DNA of 64,000 nt from Anaeramoeba ignava BMAN. Taxonomy: Eukaryota > Protista > Anaeramoebae. Positions 1 through 13,361 of the stretch are shown one piece after another. Both the position numbers and the translations under genes were made by a program. The stretch lies in NCBI GenBank assembly GCA_028826165.1, contig JAPDFW010000079.1:310001-374000 (forward strand), read 5' to 3'. Under the pieces are notes generated by a model. It was not told where the DNA came from and did not search any database. It was given only the letters and a program-made list of their open reading frames with translations. How positions within the stretch are numbered: the first letter of the stretch is position 1; every line of letters starts with the position of its first letter.

Positions 1-24
1 ATTTCAATTTTTGTTTTTTTGTAA

Positions 25-302
25 ATGAAAAAAGACGAAGAGGAAACTTCAACAAGCGTTTCAAAATTAACTTCACTTTTCGAAAAGAAAACAGCACCTA
101 CAAGTCCTAAATTTGTACCTTCTTATTTAAGGAAAAAAACCAATAAACCAATAATAAAAGGAAATGAACCAAAAAAAGAAATGAAAGAAATTCCAATTCA
201 AACAAAAGAAATGAAAGAAATAAAAGAAATAAAAGAAAATCCAATTCAAATAAAAGAAAATCCAATTCAAATAAAAGAAATAAAAGAAATTCCAATTCAA
301 AC

Positions 303-337
<35 letters not shown>

Positions 338-1839
338 ATCCAATTCAAATAAAAGAAATTCAACAACAAAAACAACCACAAAGAAACATAGACAAAACAA
401 AAAGACGATCCTTACAAATCCCAAATATCGTTAATGATTTTAAAAAAGAAAGAAATGATTTGTCAAAAAAATTGGAATTTTTTAGAGAAAAAAACAAAAC
501 ATATAAAAAGCAAAATGAGGAATTAAAAGAAAAACTTAAACAGAAAGAATTGCAAATCCAGGAATTCAAAGTTTCTTATGAAGACCAAATCAAAGACCAA
601 ATGGAATCAAGCGCAATTTTGATACAAAAAATGGATCGCAAAAAAAAAAAATTTGAACAGCAACAAAATAAATATGATTTGGAAGTGGAAAATTATTCAA
701 AAAAGCAAATGGAAATGGAAAAGGAAATTGAGAAATTAAAGTCTCAATTAAGCGAGCAAATCCAAAAAACAAATCAAGAGTCTGAAAGAAATCAGAACTT
801 GGAAAATTCAATTAGAATATACAAAGAAAAATATCAAAAATCAAAACAAAAACTACAAAATGAGCAATTAAATCAACAGAAAATTTCACAGCAAAATAAT
901 TCCTTATCAAAACAAATTGAGGACGAAAAAAAAGCAAAAAAAAGTTTTGCTGATTCAAATTTTACTCAAAAATTGGGTTTTTTTGTGAAAGATTTAAAAC
1001 AAGAAATTGATGAACTAAAGAAATTCACACTCGACCATTTCCAACAATATTCTGAAACAATTATACAAATTATTCACGTGATCAATTATTCTCAAGACGA
1101 GAATTTGCAGTTGAAAGAAAGCTTATCCTTTTTTATTGAAAAATGGCAAAAAATGGAGAATAAATACCAGAAATTAAAAGACAAATTTGAAAAAGTAATT
1201 TCCAATGATTTTATTCAAAAATTAATACGAATAATTGATGATTCTGAGAAAAACTGTGTTTCTTTACAAAACGAAAATTTGCCACAAAAAACAATTGAAA
1301 ATCCACAAGTGAACGACAAAATCAAAACAAGATTAGTTATGCTTTATGATCACAACTTTCATCTCCAATCCAAAAATCGTTTTTTCAAGAAAATCACAGC
1401 AAATCAAAAAAGTCGACTATCTAAATATGAATCTGTTCTGAATTCAGCAAATAAATCCAATTTTTCTTCACTTTATAAAAATCATCAACAAGAATCTGAG
1501 TTGATTAACCATTTAGACATGGAACTTGAGCAAAGTCGCAATGAAAATGAACAATTTCTTGACCAAATTAATTCTCTTCAATCTTTGAGAGACCAATTAT
1601 TGTCAAGAGTTAGATCGTTGGAAATTGAAAATAAGAACTTGAAACGTCGTTCTTTGCCTTCAATTAATTTTAAGCAATCTTTATCATCAAAATCTTCCAA
1701 TGCTCAAAAACTTTATCAAGAAGATCAATGGATAAATGTTTCACAATCTGGTAAAAAAGAAAGAAGAGCAAATCAACATCAGAATGAACCAATTGAAAAA
1801 ATTGAAAAAATTGAAAAAATTGAAAAAAAAGAAAATTAA
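25..1839 (+). CDS. Intronless coiled-coil protein (604 aa) of unknown function, with N-terminal KEIKENPIQI repeats
   Basis: Long ATG-TAA ORF rich in E/K/Q/L heptads; no catalytic motif recognised. Confidence 0.8.
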
Positions 1840-2028
1840 GAAAATTTAATTTAATTTAATTTAATTCAAAAAAAAGAAAATAAATTTCCAAAAAGAAAAG
1901 AAAAGAAAAGAATTTTTATTCCGTTTTGTTTTTCTTTTTTGTTATTTAAAGAAAATTAATTGAAAAAAAAAAAAATATTTTTGTTCCACTTTTTTCTTTT
2001 TTGTTTTTATTTCAAAAGCAAAAGATAA

Positions 2029-3617
2029 TTAATTGTTGACTACATACTCAATCGAATTTGAAATCATTAATTTCCCATCACTTAAATGATTCCATTTTGA
2101 ATCTTTTAAAGACTTATTTGAAACTGGATAAAAATTGATAACAAGAACAATTCCAAAATCTCTTTGAAGTCTTTTTTCGATAATTAAAGGAGTTCCATCA
2201 GTCCAATAAGCAATCACTTTAGAATCTTGATTCAGTTTGAAATCATAATGAAAAGACCAATCACCTCCATCAAAAATTTTGATTCCTTCAACAATAGGGT
2301 GATTTTGATCAGGAATTTCACCCAAATCACAATGTTTGTTAATGATACGATTTCCTTTGATAATTGGAAGAAAATCATTCGTTACTAATTTTCCAGCTAA
2401 AACATTTTGATTTTTTGCATTGTTCAAACATGGATATGATGCAATAACAACTCCTCCTCCGTTTTCAACATATTCTGCAAGAAGATTTCCCATTTCAATT
2501 GAATTTTTGAATGAATCGTGTGAATAACAAAATATTGCATTATATTTTTTTATTTGTTCAAATGTTGGTATTTCTTCAAATGCATTGATTATATCCACTT
2601 TGTAAATTCCTGTGAATAGAATTGATTGTCTAACATCTTCTCTATCTGTTTCGTTATTATCAGCACAAAGAAGGAGAATTTCCATCTAGAATAATTTAAA
2701 TAATTTAAATATTTTTGAATATTTTTGAATATTTTTGAATATTTTTGAATATTTTTGAATATTTTTAATATTTTAAATATTTAAATATCAACCTGTCCTT
2801 TGTCAAGCCACATTTTTCGACTTTTCATTTCAACAATTTCTTGAGTATTCATTTTAATAATATTATCAATATACTGCTCATCAAACAAACCAGACTCCTT
2901 CATTTCATTGAGTTCATCAGGAGCTCTAATTTCCTCGATACGAATAAAATTAATAACTTTCTCAAGACATTGTTTCAAATATTCTGGATCAGGAACAACA
3001 TTATTTTCATCACAAACCCATTTTCCCCATTCAATAATTTGTCTGAATAATTCAATTTCAGGAACTTGCAATTTATTTAAAGATAAAAGTTCAACTAACG
3101 ATTCTTCTTTTAAACCAACAAAACATTTTCTATTAAAAATGACCTTCATAGCATTATTTTGAATAAAATCAAGAGCCTTTTGTTTTAAAAAATAATTCTC
3201 ATATCTTTGAGAAAGTTCCAAATTTTCAACACAATTTTCAATAGTTAAATTTTCCATTAAAAATTCAATTGTCAGTTGATGAAGATCAGGAATCATATAT
3301 TTTTCAGCAGCTCTGAGTAAATCAGAAGCAATATATTGAGAAGAAATTTGGACTTTTCTTGTGTAGGCAAAATTCATAATTTGCTCAAATACTTCTGGTT
3401 CAAAATCGGGAATTTTTATATAAGCTAATTCACGATTTGCCGTTTCAAGCCAAGTTGATCCATAAAACATTTTTTGCCATACTTCACTTGCTAATGCAAA
3501 AAGTAATCGATGCCCATAAAATGTTTGTTGTTTAATTGTTCCTACAAAAAATTCCGAATCTGCTATTTCTTCTTTATTGATAATCCCTTTTAGAATTTCC
3601 TCAATTGTTTTTACCAT
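2029..3617 (-). CDS. BTB/POZ-BACK protein with C-terminal class I glutamine-amidotransferase-like alpha/beta domain; two exons (3617-2793, 2685-2029)
   Basis: BTB motifs (ADSEFFVG, FYGHRLLFALASEVWQKMFYG, AAEKYMIPDL) followed by BACK-like helices. A phase-0 intron CAG|GTTGAT...TTCTAG|ATG (2792-2686) joins the two ORFs. The C-terminal domain contains MGNLLAEYVENGGGVVI. Confidence 0.85.
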
Positions 3618-3855
3618 TTAAAAAAAAAAAGAAAATGAAAAAAATGAAAAAAATGAAAAGAAAAAAAGATTTAAATTTCAAAAATAAAACACGAAATTTT
3701 TCTCACTTTAAGGAAATAAAAATAAAAATTTAATTAATTAAAAAAGGAGAAAAAAAAAATTAAAAATAAAATTTTTGAAAGAAGAAAAATTTAAATTCAT
3801 TTTTTTCTTTTTTTTTCTTTTTTTATTTTATTTCTTTTAAAAAAAAAACACAATA

Positions 3856-6015
3856 ATGAATGAATTTGATAAAAATAATTCATCAAATTTTGAAGAAAAT
3901 TCAAATCAAATTGATTATGAAATAATTGAACAAAATAAAAGTTTTTCTGAAAATCAAGAAAATGATGTTTCTGATTCTGTTTTAAGTGATACAAATTATG
4001 CTTTACCAAATACAAATCAAGAAACTGGTGAAATTTTTAAAATTGTTTTAGTTGGTAAAATTTATTTAACGCATTTTCCAGTTCATTTATAAATAAATAT
4101 ATAAATAAATTTATAAATAAATATATAAATAAATATATAAATAAATATATAAATAAATATAAAAATAAATATATAAATAAATATATAAATAAATTTATAA
4201 ATAAATACATAAATAATTATATAAATAAATACATAAATAATTATATAAATAAATATATAAATAATTATATAAATAAATATATAAATAATTATATAAATAA
4301 ATATATAAATAATATTTATAGGAAAAAGTGGAGTTGGAAAAACAAATCTTTTATCTAGATTTTGCAGGTTTTTTTTCAACTATTAAAATTTAATCCAAAA
4401 AGAAAATTTAATTTAGAAAAATTTATTTAAAAAAAATTCAGAAATGAATTTAGAGTTCAAACAAAACCAACAATTGGTGTTGAATTTTCAACAAAAGCTA
4501 TTGAAATTAAATATAAGGAAGAACAAATAATTTAAACAAATTTGGGTAGTTTATTTAAATCAATTATTATAAATATATAAATCTATTTTTAATTGGAGTT
4601 TTAATTTTTAAATTGATTTTTTAGTTTTTCAATTTAAAATTTAATCCAAAAAGAAAATTTAATTTAGAAAATTTTAATTTAAAATTTCAGAAATGAATTT
4701 AGAGTTCAAACAAAACCAACAATTTTTAATTTTAATTTTAATTTGAAATTATAATTGCACAAATTTTTAATTTAGTTTATTTTTAATTAATTATAATTTT
4801 TAATTTTAATTTAAATTATAATTTTAATTATAATTTTAATTTTAATTTTAATTTTAAATTTAATTTTAATTATTAATTATAATTTTAATTTTAATTATAA
4901 TTTTAATTTTAATTATAATTTTAATTTTAATTATAATTTTAATTTTAATTTTAATTTTAATTTTAATTTTAATTATAATTTTAATTTTAATTTTAATTTT
5001 AATTTTAATTTTAATTTTAATTTTAAATTTTAATTTTAATTTTAAATTTTAATTTTTAATTTTAATTTTAATTATTAATTATAATTTTAATTTTAATTAT
5101 AATTTTAATTATTAATTTTAATTTTAAATTTTAATTTTAATTTTAATTATTAATTTTAATTTTAAATTTTAATTTTAATTTAAACAAGGATACTGCAGGC
5201 CAAGAAAGATTTAGATCAATTACACCAATGTAAACAAAAATTAAAATTAAAAATTAAATTAAAAATTAAAAATTAAAAATCAAAAATTAAAAATAGATAT
5301 TATAGAGGAGCTCAAGCAGCAATGGTAGTTTATGATATTACAAAACTTTCCACTTTTGAAGAAGTAAAAAGATGTTTAGAAGAATTAAATAGATACGCAG
5401 GAGAAGATATTGTTATATCACTTATTGGAAATAAATGTGATTTAGAAAAATCTAGAAAAATTTCAAAAGAAAAAGTAAATTAAATTTTAAAATTAAATTG
5501 TTTAAATTGAAATTGTTTAAATTAAATTGTTTAAATTGAAATTGTTTAAATTAAATTGTTTAAATTAAATTGTTTAAATTAAATTGTTTAAATTAAATTG
5601 TTTAAATTAAATTGTTTAAATTAAATTGTTTAAATTAAATTGTTTAAATTAAATTGTTTAAATTAAATTGTTTAAATTAAATTGTTTAAATTAAATTTTA
5701 AAATTAAATTGTTTAAAATTAAATTGTTTAGGGTGAAACATTCGCAAGAAATAATAACCTTCTTTTTATGGAAACTTCTGCAAAAGAAGGAACAAATGTT
5801 GATTTAATTTTTATTGAAACACTTAAAAGTAAAATTTATTAAAATTTCCTTTTTATTAAAAAAATTAAAAAATTAAAAATTAAAAAATAATCAAAAATAA
5901 AAAATGAAAAAAATGAAGAAATTAAAGCAAAATTTGCTCCTCCTTCAATTCCTGAAAAATCAATTTCTCCTTTATCTCAAAACGATAAAAAAGAAAAGAA
6001 AAAGAAATGTTGTTG
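3856..6015 (+). CDS. Rab-family GTPase (Rab11-like); exons 3856-4054, 4322-4367, 4442-4545, 5189-5229, 5297-5474, 5732-5828, 5919-6015; one apparent +1 indel at ~4533
   Basis: Spliced translation gives KIVLVGKSGVGKTNLLSRF, TIGVEFSTK, QIW-DTAGQERFRSIT, YYRGA, IGNKCDL, FMETSAK and a terminal KKCC prenylation motif. All six introns are GT-AG. Confidence 0.93.
4085..4318. repeat. Intronic ATAAATAAATAT-type tandem repeat
   Basis: Visible 12-16 bp units filling Rab intron 1. Confidence 0.9.
4720..5182. repeat. Intronic (AATTTT)n repeat
   Basis: 6-bp unit within Rab intron 3. Confidence 0.9.
5480..5730. repeat. Intronic 14-bp repeat (AAATTAAATTGTTT)n
   Basis: Fills Rab intron 5; the last copy runs into the acceptor TGTTTAG. 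Confidence 0.9.
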
Positions 6016-6258
6016 AAATTCAATTCAAAATTCAATTCAAATCAAAATTCAAAATTCAATTTACATTCTTTTTTTCTCTTTTTTTTTTTGTGGTTTTAAA
6101 ATGATTGTTTTCGAAAAGAATTTTTCATCATTTTGGTTTATTCCAAATGAAATAAAATCAGAATTCTTTTTTGATATTTTTTCTTTTTTAAAAAAAAAAA
6201 TTCGAATTCAAATTCAAATTCAAATTCAAATAATTTCAATTTGTTTTTTTTTTTTTCA

Positions 6259-9200
6259 TCATTTTTCATCATTTTTCATTCCTTTTTTGAAATCATAATT
6301 TTTTTGATTTTTTATTTTTTTATTTTCTTTTTGAGATGTTTCCAAATATTCTTGAATATTTTGAAGGTCTTCCATTGAAAAATCTAGATAATTATCCAAG
6401 TCATTTTCATTTTCAAATTTATTTTGATTTTCATTTTGATTTTGATTTTCAATTTTATTTTCATTTTTATTTTCATTTTTATTTTGATTTTCAATTTTAT
6501 TTTGATTTTCATTTTCAATTTTATTTTCATTTTTATTTTCATTTTGATTTTCAATTTCAATTTTATTTCCATTTTTATTTTCATTTTGATTTTGATTTTC
6601 AATTTTATTTTGATTTTCATTTTGATTTTCATTTTGATTTTCATTTTGATTTTGATTTTGATTTTGATTTTGATTTTGATTTTCATTTTGATTTTCAATT
6701 TGATTTTGATTTTTATTTTGATTTTGATTTTGATTTTGATTTTTATTTTCAATTTGATTTTCATTTTCATTTTGATTTTGATTTTGAATTTCATTTTGAT
6801 TTTGATTTTTATTTTGATTTTGATTTTGATTTTTAATTTGATTTTGATTTTGATTTTTATTTTTATTTTTATTTTTATTTTCATTTTCAATTTGATTTTT
6901 AATTTGATTTTGATTTTTATTTTTATTTTCAATTTGATTTTGATTTTGATTTTGATTTTGATTTTTATTTTCTTCTATTTTTTCTTTTTCAATTTTGTTT
7001 TCATTTTTGTTTTTATTTTCAATTTCATTTTATTTTCAATTTTATTTTCATTTTTGTTTTCAATTTTGTTTTCAATTTTGTTTTCAATTTTGTTTTCAAT
7101 TTTATTTTCATTTTGTTTTCATTTTTGTTTTCAATTTTTGTTTTCATTTTGATTTTTATTTTCAATTTCATTTTTATTTTCATTTTCATTTTCATTTTTA
7201 TTTTCAATTTCTTTTTCTTCTTTTGATTGTATATTTGGTGTTGGTTTTAATTGTTTAAGATTAAGAAAACTTTGATCTTTAATTTTGTGATTATTTTCAT
7301 TTGAATTGAGATTTGGATTTGGGTTTTTTTCATGATTTTGATTTTTTAATTGTTTCTTTTTAGTTCTTTTTTTCTTTTTTCTTTTTTCATATTTTTTATC
7401 AAAATTATCAGATTTTATTTGATTTTTTTTTGAACCATTTTGGGTTCTTTTTTTTCGATTTTTATTGTTGAATTTATTTGTTAAATTTTCTCTTTTAATT
7501 TCATCTTTTTGTAAAATTGGTTTTTCATTTGGTTTTTCATTTGAATTTGAATTTGAATTTGAATTTGAATTTGAATTTGAATTTTGTTTTGAATTTTGTT
7601 TTGAATTTGTTTTTGAATTTTGTTTTGAATTTTGTTTTGAATTTGTTTTTGAATTTTGTTTTGAATTTTGTTTTGAATTTTGTTTTGAATTTTGTTTTGA
7701 ATTTGTTTTTGAATTTTGTTTTGAATTTGTTTTTGAATTTAAATTTAAATTTGAATTTTCAGTTGATTTTGCAATTTGTTGTTCAAAAAATTCTGCTTCT
7801 TTACAAAAAGTACAAACAAAATTTTTTTTTGTTGGACCTCTTTTTCCAACACCAACGCAAGTTGTATGTTGGAAATTACCACATTTGATACATTTTACAA
7901 GTCTTCTTGAATAATCGTTATTCTAAAATAAAAAAATATATATAAATATAATTAAATCGTTTTTGGAAAGTTTAAATGGTTCTCTTGTTTTTTAAAATAA
8001 AACTACCTTTCCGCAAATGCATCGAATAATTCTTGGTTCGCAGAGTTCACATTTATAGAAATCAGGGACTTGTTTTATGTTCATACAAGAAAAATGTTGC
8101 CAAACTTTGCATTGATCGCATTGAATCATATCTCCTTTACTTATATTATTTCCACAAGGGCAACGAATAACAACAGGCTCTCCATCATATTCATCATATT
8201 CGTCATCTTCTGATTTATTTTCTTTTTTCTTTTTCTTTTTTTCTTTTGAATTTTCTTGGTTTGTTTTGATTTTTTTATTTCCATTTTTCGGTTTTGGTAA
8301 CTGTTTCTTGCCTGTTTTTTCTTGATTTGCTTCAACACTCATTGGTTTATCTTGTTGTTTTTGTTCTTCTTTTAAATTTGGTTTAGAATTAGAATTGGAA
8401 CCGAGACTTTCGAATTGATTGGAATTTAAATTTTCAATTGGATTTTGATTTATATTTTCGTTTAAATTTTCAATTGAATTTTGACTTGAATTTTGAACTG
8501 AATTTTCAATTGAATTTTGAAGAGAGTTATTATTATTATTATTGTTATTATTTCGTTTTGAGTTTTGTTTTGATTTCTTTTTCTGTATGGTTTCTTTGTT
8601 TTGGAGGTTTTCATTCCCAGAATTTTGAAGTAAATTTTGGTTTTCTGTTAATGATTTTTCGAAATCAGATTCTTTTCCAAAAAGTAATTGAGATAGAGAA
8701 ATTCCATATTTTTTTTTGATTTGAAGAACAAAATCTGCAATTTCATCTCTGAGTTTGTTTTTTTTGATTTCTAGATCTTTTTCTCTTTTTTTTAAATCTG
8801 AATTCCATTTTTCAATCTTAATTCGTTTTTTTTCTTGATCATCTTGAATTTTTTGAGTTTTGATTTGGTATTCATGTTGCATATTTTTCAGTGATTTTTC
8901 TAAAACTCTAATTTTGAATTTGTCGGTTGATTTTTCACTTGTTTTTTGTTTTGTATTTTTTTTGTTGTTTCCTTTTTTTGTGAGTGTTGTTTGTTGTTTT
9001 GTTTTTGGAATTGTTGATATTTGCTTTTCTAAATAAGATAATTTAATTTATTTATAAATTTATTTAGAAATTTATTTAGAAATTTATTTAGAAATTTATT
9101 TAGAAATTTATTTAGAAATTTATTTAGAAATTTATTTAGAAATTTATTTAGAAATTTATAATTTTATTTATAATTTTATTTATAATTTTATTTATAATTT

Positions 9201-11118
9201 AATTTATAATTTAATTTATTTAGAAATTTATAATTTAATTTATTTAGAAATTTATAATTTTATTTATAATTTAATTTATAATTTTATTTATATTTTATTT
9301 ATAATTTTATTTATAATTTAATTTATAATTTTATTTATAATTTTATTTATAATTTTATTTATAATTTTATTTATAATTTAATTTATAATTTAATTTATAA
9401 TTTAATTTATAATTTAATTTATAATTTAATTTATAATTTAATTTATTATTTATTTATTTAGAAATTTATAATTTTATTTATAATTTAATTTATAATTTAA
9501 TTTATAATTTAATTTATATTTTTATTTATAATTTTATTTATAGTTTTAATTTATAATTTAATTTATAATTTATAATTTTATTTATAATTTTATTTATAAT
9601 TTAATTTATAATTTAATTTATAATTTAATTTATAATTTAATTTATAATTTAATTTATAATTTAATTTATAATTTATTTAGAAATTTATTTATAATTTTAT
9701 TTATAATTTAATTTATAATTTTATTTATAATTTTATTTATTATTTTATTTATAATTTAATTTATAATTTTATTTATAATTTAATTTATAATTTTATTTAT
9801 ATTTTAATTTATAATTTTATTTATAATTTAAATTTTTATTTTATAATTTAATTTATAATTTTATTTATAATTTTATTTATGAATTTTATTTATAATTTAA
9901 TTTATAATTTTATTTTTATAATTTATTTAATTTTTTATATTTTATTTATAATTTTAATTTAATTTATAATTTTAATTTATTTATAATTTAATTTATAATT
10001 TTTATTTATATTTTTTAGTATAATTTTATTTATAATTTAATTTATAATTTTATTTATAATTTAATTTTATTTTTTGAAATTTTATTTTAATTTTATTTAA
10101 TTTATAATTTTTATTTATAATTTAATTTATAATTTTATTTATAATTTTATTTTTAAATTTTTTTATTTTTTTTGAATTTGATTTTAATTTTATTTTTAAT
10201 TTATAATTTTATTTATAATTTTATTTTATAATTTAATTTATAAAAATTTAATTTTATTTATAATTTTATTTATAATTTTAATTTTATAATTTAATTTTTT
10301 ATTTTTTTATTTTTTTAATTTTAATTTAATTTATAATTTAATTTATTTTATTATTTCATTTATTTTTTTTTTATTTTAATTTTATTTATAATTTTTATTT
10401 TTATTTTTATTTTTTTTTAATTTTAATTTAATTTATTTTTTAATTTAATTTTTTAATTTTTAATTTATAATTTAATTTATAATTTTAATTTATAATTTTA
10501 ATTTATAATTTTAATTTATAATTTTATTTATATTTAATTTATAATTTAATTTATAATTTATTTATAATTTAATTTATAATTTAATTTATAATTTTATTTA
10601 TAATTTAATTTATAATTTAATTTATAATTTTATTTAGAAATTTAAATTATAATTTAATCTATAATTTTATTTATAATTTAATTTATAATTTTATTTATAA
10701 TTTTATTTATAATTTTATTTATAATTTTATTTATAATTTTATTTATAATTTAATTTATAATTTTATTTATAATGGAAATTTTTGCTTTTTTAATGGAAGA
10801 AAAAGATCAAATTGTAATTTAATTTATAATTTAATTTTTTATAATTTTTTTATTTTTTTATTTTATTTTGTTACTTTCAATTCGGAAATTCTTTTTTTCT
10901 AGATTGAATTTATTGAAATCTTTTTTTGTTTCAGTTTCAGTTTCAATTTGCATTTTTTTTTCATTTTGTTTTTTTGATTGAAGTTGATTTATTTGTTTAG
11001 AATTATTTTTATGTTTTTTATTTTTATTTTTATTTTTATTTTTATTTTTTTCTTTTTCTTTTTCTTGATTTTGATTAATTTCTTCAATAATTTTATTATC
11101 AATATTAATAAAACTCAT
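6259..11118 (-). CDS. Tandem PHD-finger protein with long N/Q/E low-complexity tail; multi-exon, 5' and 3' ends uncertain
   Basis: PHD1 is IRCPCGNNISKGDMIQCDQCKVWQHFSCMNIKQVPDFYKCELCEP. PHD2 spans an intron (~8006-7923): IRCICGK|NNDYSRRLVKCIKCGNFQHTTCVG...FVCTFC. There is an acceptor at 9030-9029 and a probable first exon at ~11118-10875. The tail has homopolymer frameshifts near 7130. Confidence 0.75.
9045..10830. repeat. 12-bp tandem array (TTTATAATTTTA / TTTATAATTTAA), intronic in the PHD gene
   Basis: Directly visible; the middle part is degenerate. Confidence 0.9.
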
Positions 11119-11389
11119 TGAAAAAAAAAATTTAATAAAAAAAAAATGAAAAAAAAATTTTTTTGTTTTTTTATTTTTCATTTTTTTTTCTACTTTCATT
11201 TACTTTTTTTTAATTTTTCTCTTTTCATTCTTTCTTTTTTTTTTCTTTTATTTTTTATTTTCTTATTGTTTATTTGTGTGTTTTTCTTTTTTTAATTAAT
11301 TTTTCTTATTTGGATCTACTTTAATTAAACAAAAGTAAACAAAATGAAAATAATTACAAAAAAAATAATTAATTATTGATAGTTCCAAT

Positions 11390-13352
11390 TTATATTTTAT
11401 TTTATAATTTTATTTATAATTTAATTTATAATTTTATTTATAATTTTATTTATAATTTAATTTATAATTTAATTTATAATTTTATTTATAATTTTATTTA
11501 TAATTTTATTTATAATTTAATTTATAATTTTATTTATAATTTTATTTATAATTTTATTTATAATTTAATTTATAATTTAATTTATAATTTTATTTATAAT
11601 TTTATTTTTAAATTTTATTTATAATTTTATTTATAATTTTATTTATAATTTAATTTATAATTTAATTTATAATTTTATTTATAATTTAATTTATAATTTT
11701 AATTTATAATTTAATTTATAATTTATTTATATTTTTATTTATAATTTTATTTATAATTTAATTTATAATTTATTTATATTTTTATTTTATTTTAATTTTT
11801 ATTTTTATAATTTAATTTATAATTTTTATTTATAATTTTATTTATAATTTTATTTATAATTTTATTTATATTTATAATTTTATTTATAATTTAATTTATA
11901 ATTTTATTTATAATTTTATTTATAATTTTATTTTATAATTTTATTTATAATTTTATTTATTATTTAATTTATAATTTTTATTTATTATTTAATTTATAAT
12001 TTTATTTATAATTTTATTTATAATTTTATTTTATTTATATTTTTTATTTATAATTTAATTTATAATTTTAATTTATAATTTAATTTATAATTTTATTTAT
12101 AATTTTATTTATAATTTTATTTTATAATTTTAATTTATAATTTTAATTTATAATTTTATTTATAATTTTAATTTATAATTTAATTTATAATTTAATTTAT
12201 AATTTTATTTATAATTTTATTTATAATTTTATTTATAATTTTATTTATTATTTTATTTATAATTTTATTTATAATTTTATTTATAATTTTATTTATAATT
12301 TTTATTTATAATTTTAATTTATAATTTAATTTATAATTTTAATTTATAATTTTAATTTATAATTTTATTTATAATTTTATTTATAATTTGTTATAATTTT
12401 ATTTATAATTTTATTTATAATTTAATTTATATTTTTAATTTATAATTTAATTTATAATTTTTATTTATAATTTTATTTATAATTTAATTTATAATTTTTA
12501 TTTATAATTTAATTTATAATTTTTATTTATAATTTAATTTATAATTTAATTTATAATTTAATTTATATTTTTTTATTTTATTTTTATTTTTATTTAATTT
12601 ATTTTTTTATTTTTTTAATTTAATTTTATTTATAATTTTATTTTAATTTTAATTTATAATTTAATTTATAATTTTATTTATAATTTAATTTATAATTTTA
12701 ATTTATTATTTTTATTTATAATTTAATTTTATAATTTAATTTATAATTTAATTTATAATTTTATTTATAATTTTATTTATTATTTAATTTATTATTTTAT
12801 TTATTATTTTTATTTATAATTTTATTTATAATTTAATTTATAATTTTATTTATAATTTTATTTATAATTTTATTTATATTTTTATTTATAATTTTATTTA
12901 TATTTTTTATTTATAATTTTATTTATAATTTTAATTTTATAATTTTATTTATAATTTTATTTATATTTTATTTATAATTTTATTTATAATTTTATTTATA
13001 ATTTTATTTATTATTTAATTTATAATTTTATTTATAATTTAATTTATAATTTTATTTATATTTTAATTTATAATTTAATTTATAATTTAATTTATAATTT
13101 AATTTATAATTTAATTTATAATTTAATTTATAATTTTATTTATAATTTTATTTATAATTTTATTTATAATTTTATTTATAATTTTATTTATAATTTAATT
13201 TATAATTTTATTAATAATTTTATTTAATTTATAATTTTATTTATAATTTAATTTATAATTTAATTTATAATTTTATTTATAATTTAATTTATAATTTTAT
13301 TTATAATTTTATTTATAATTTTATTTATAATTTTATTTATAATTTTATTTAT
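11390..13352. repeat. 12-bp tandem array of the same family as 9045-10830
   Basis: Directly visible; ends at ATTAG a few bases before ATG 13362. Confidence 0.9.
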
Positions 13353-13361
13353 TAGTTAAAA

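Noticed and set aside
6336-7914. Plus-strand FDFDF/ILIL ORFs and minus-strand KIKIK ORFs
   Set aside because: They are antisense or shifted-frame shadows of the PHD gene's N/Q/E low-complexity exon.
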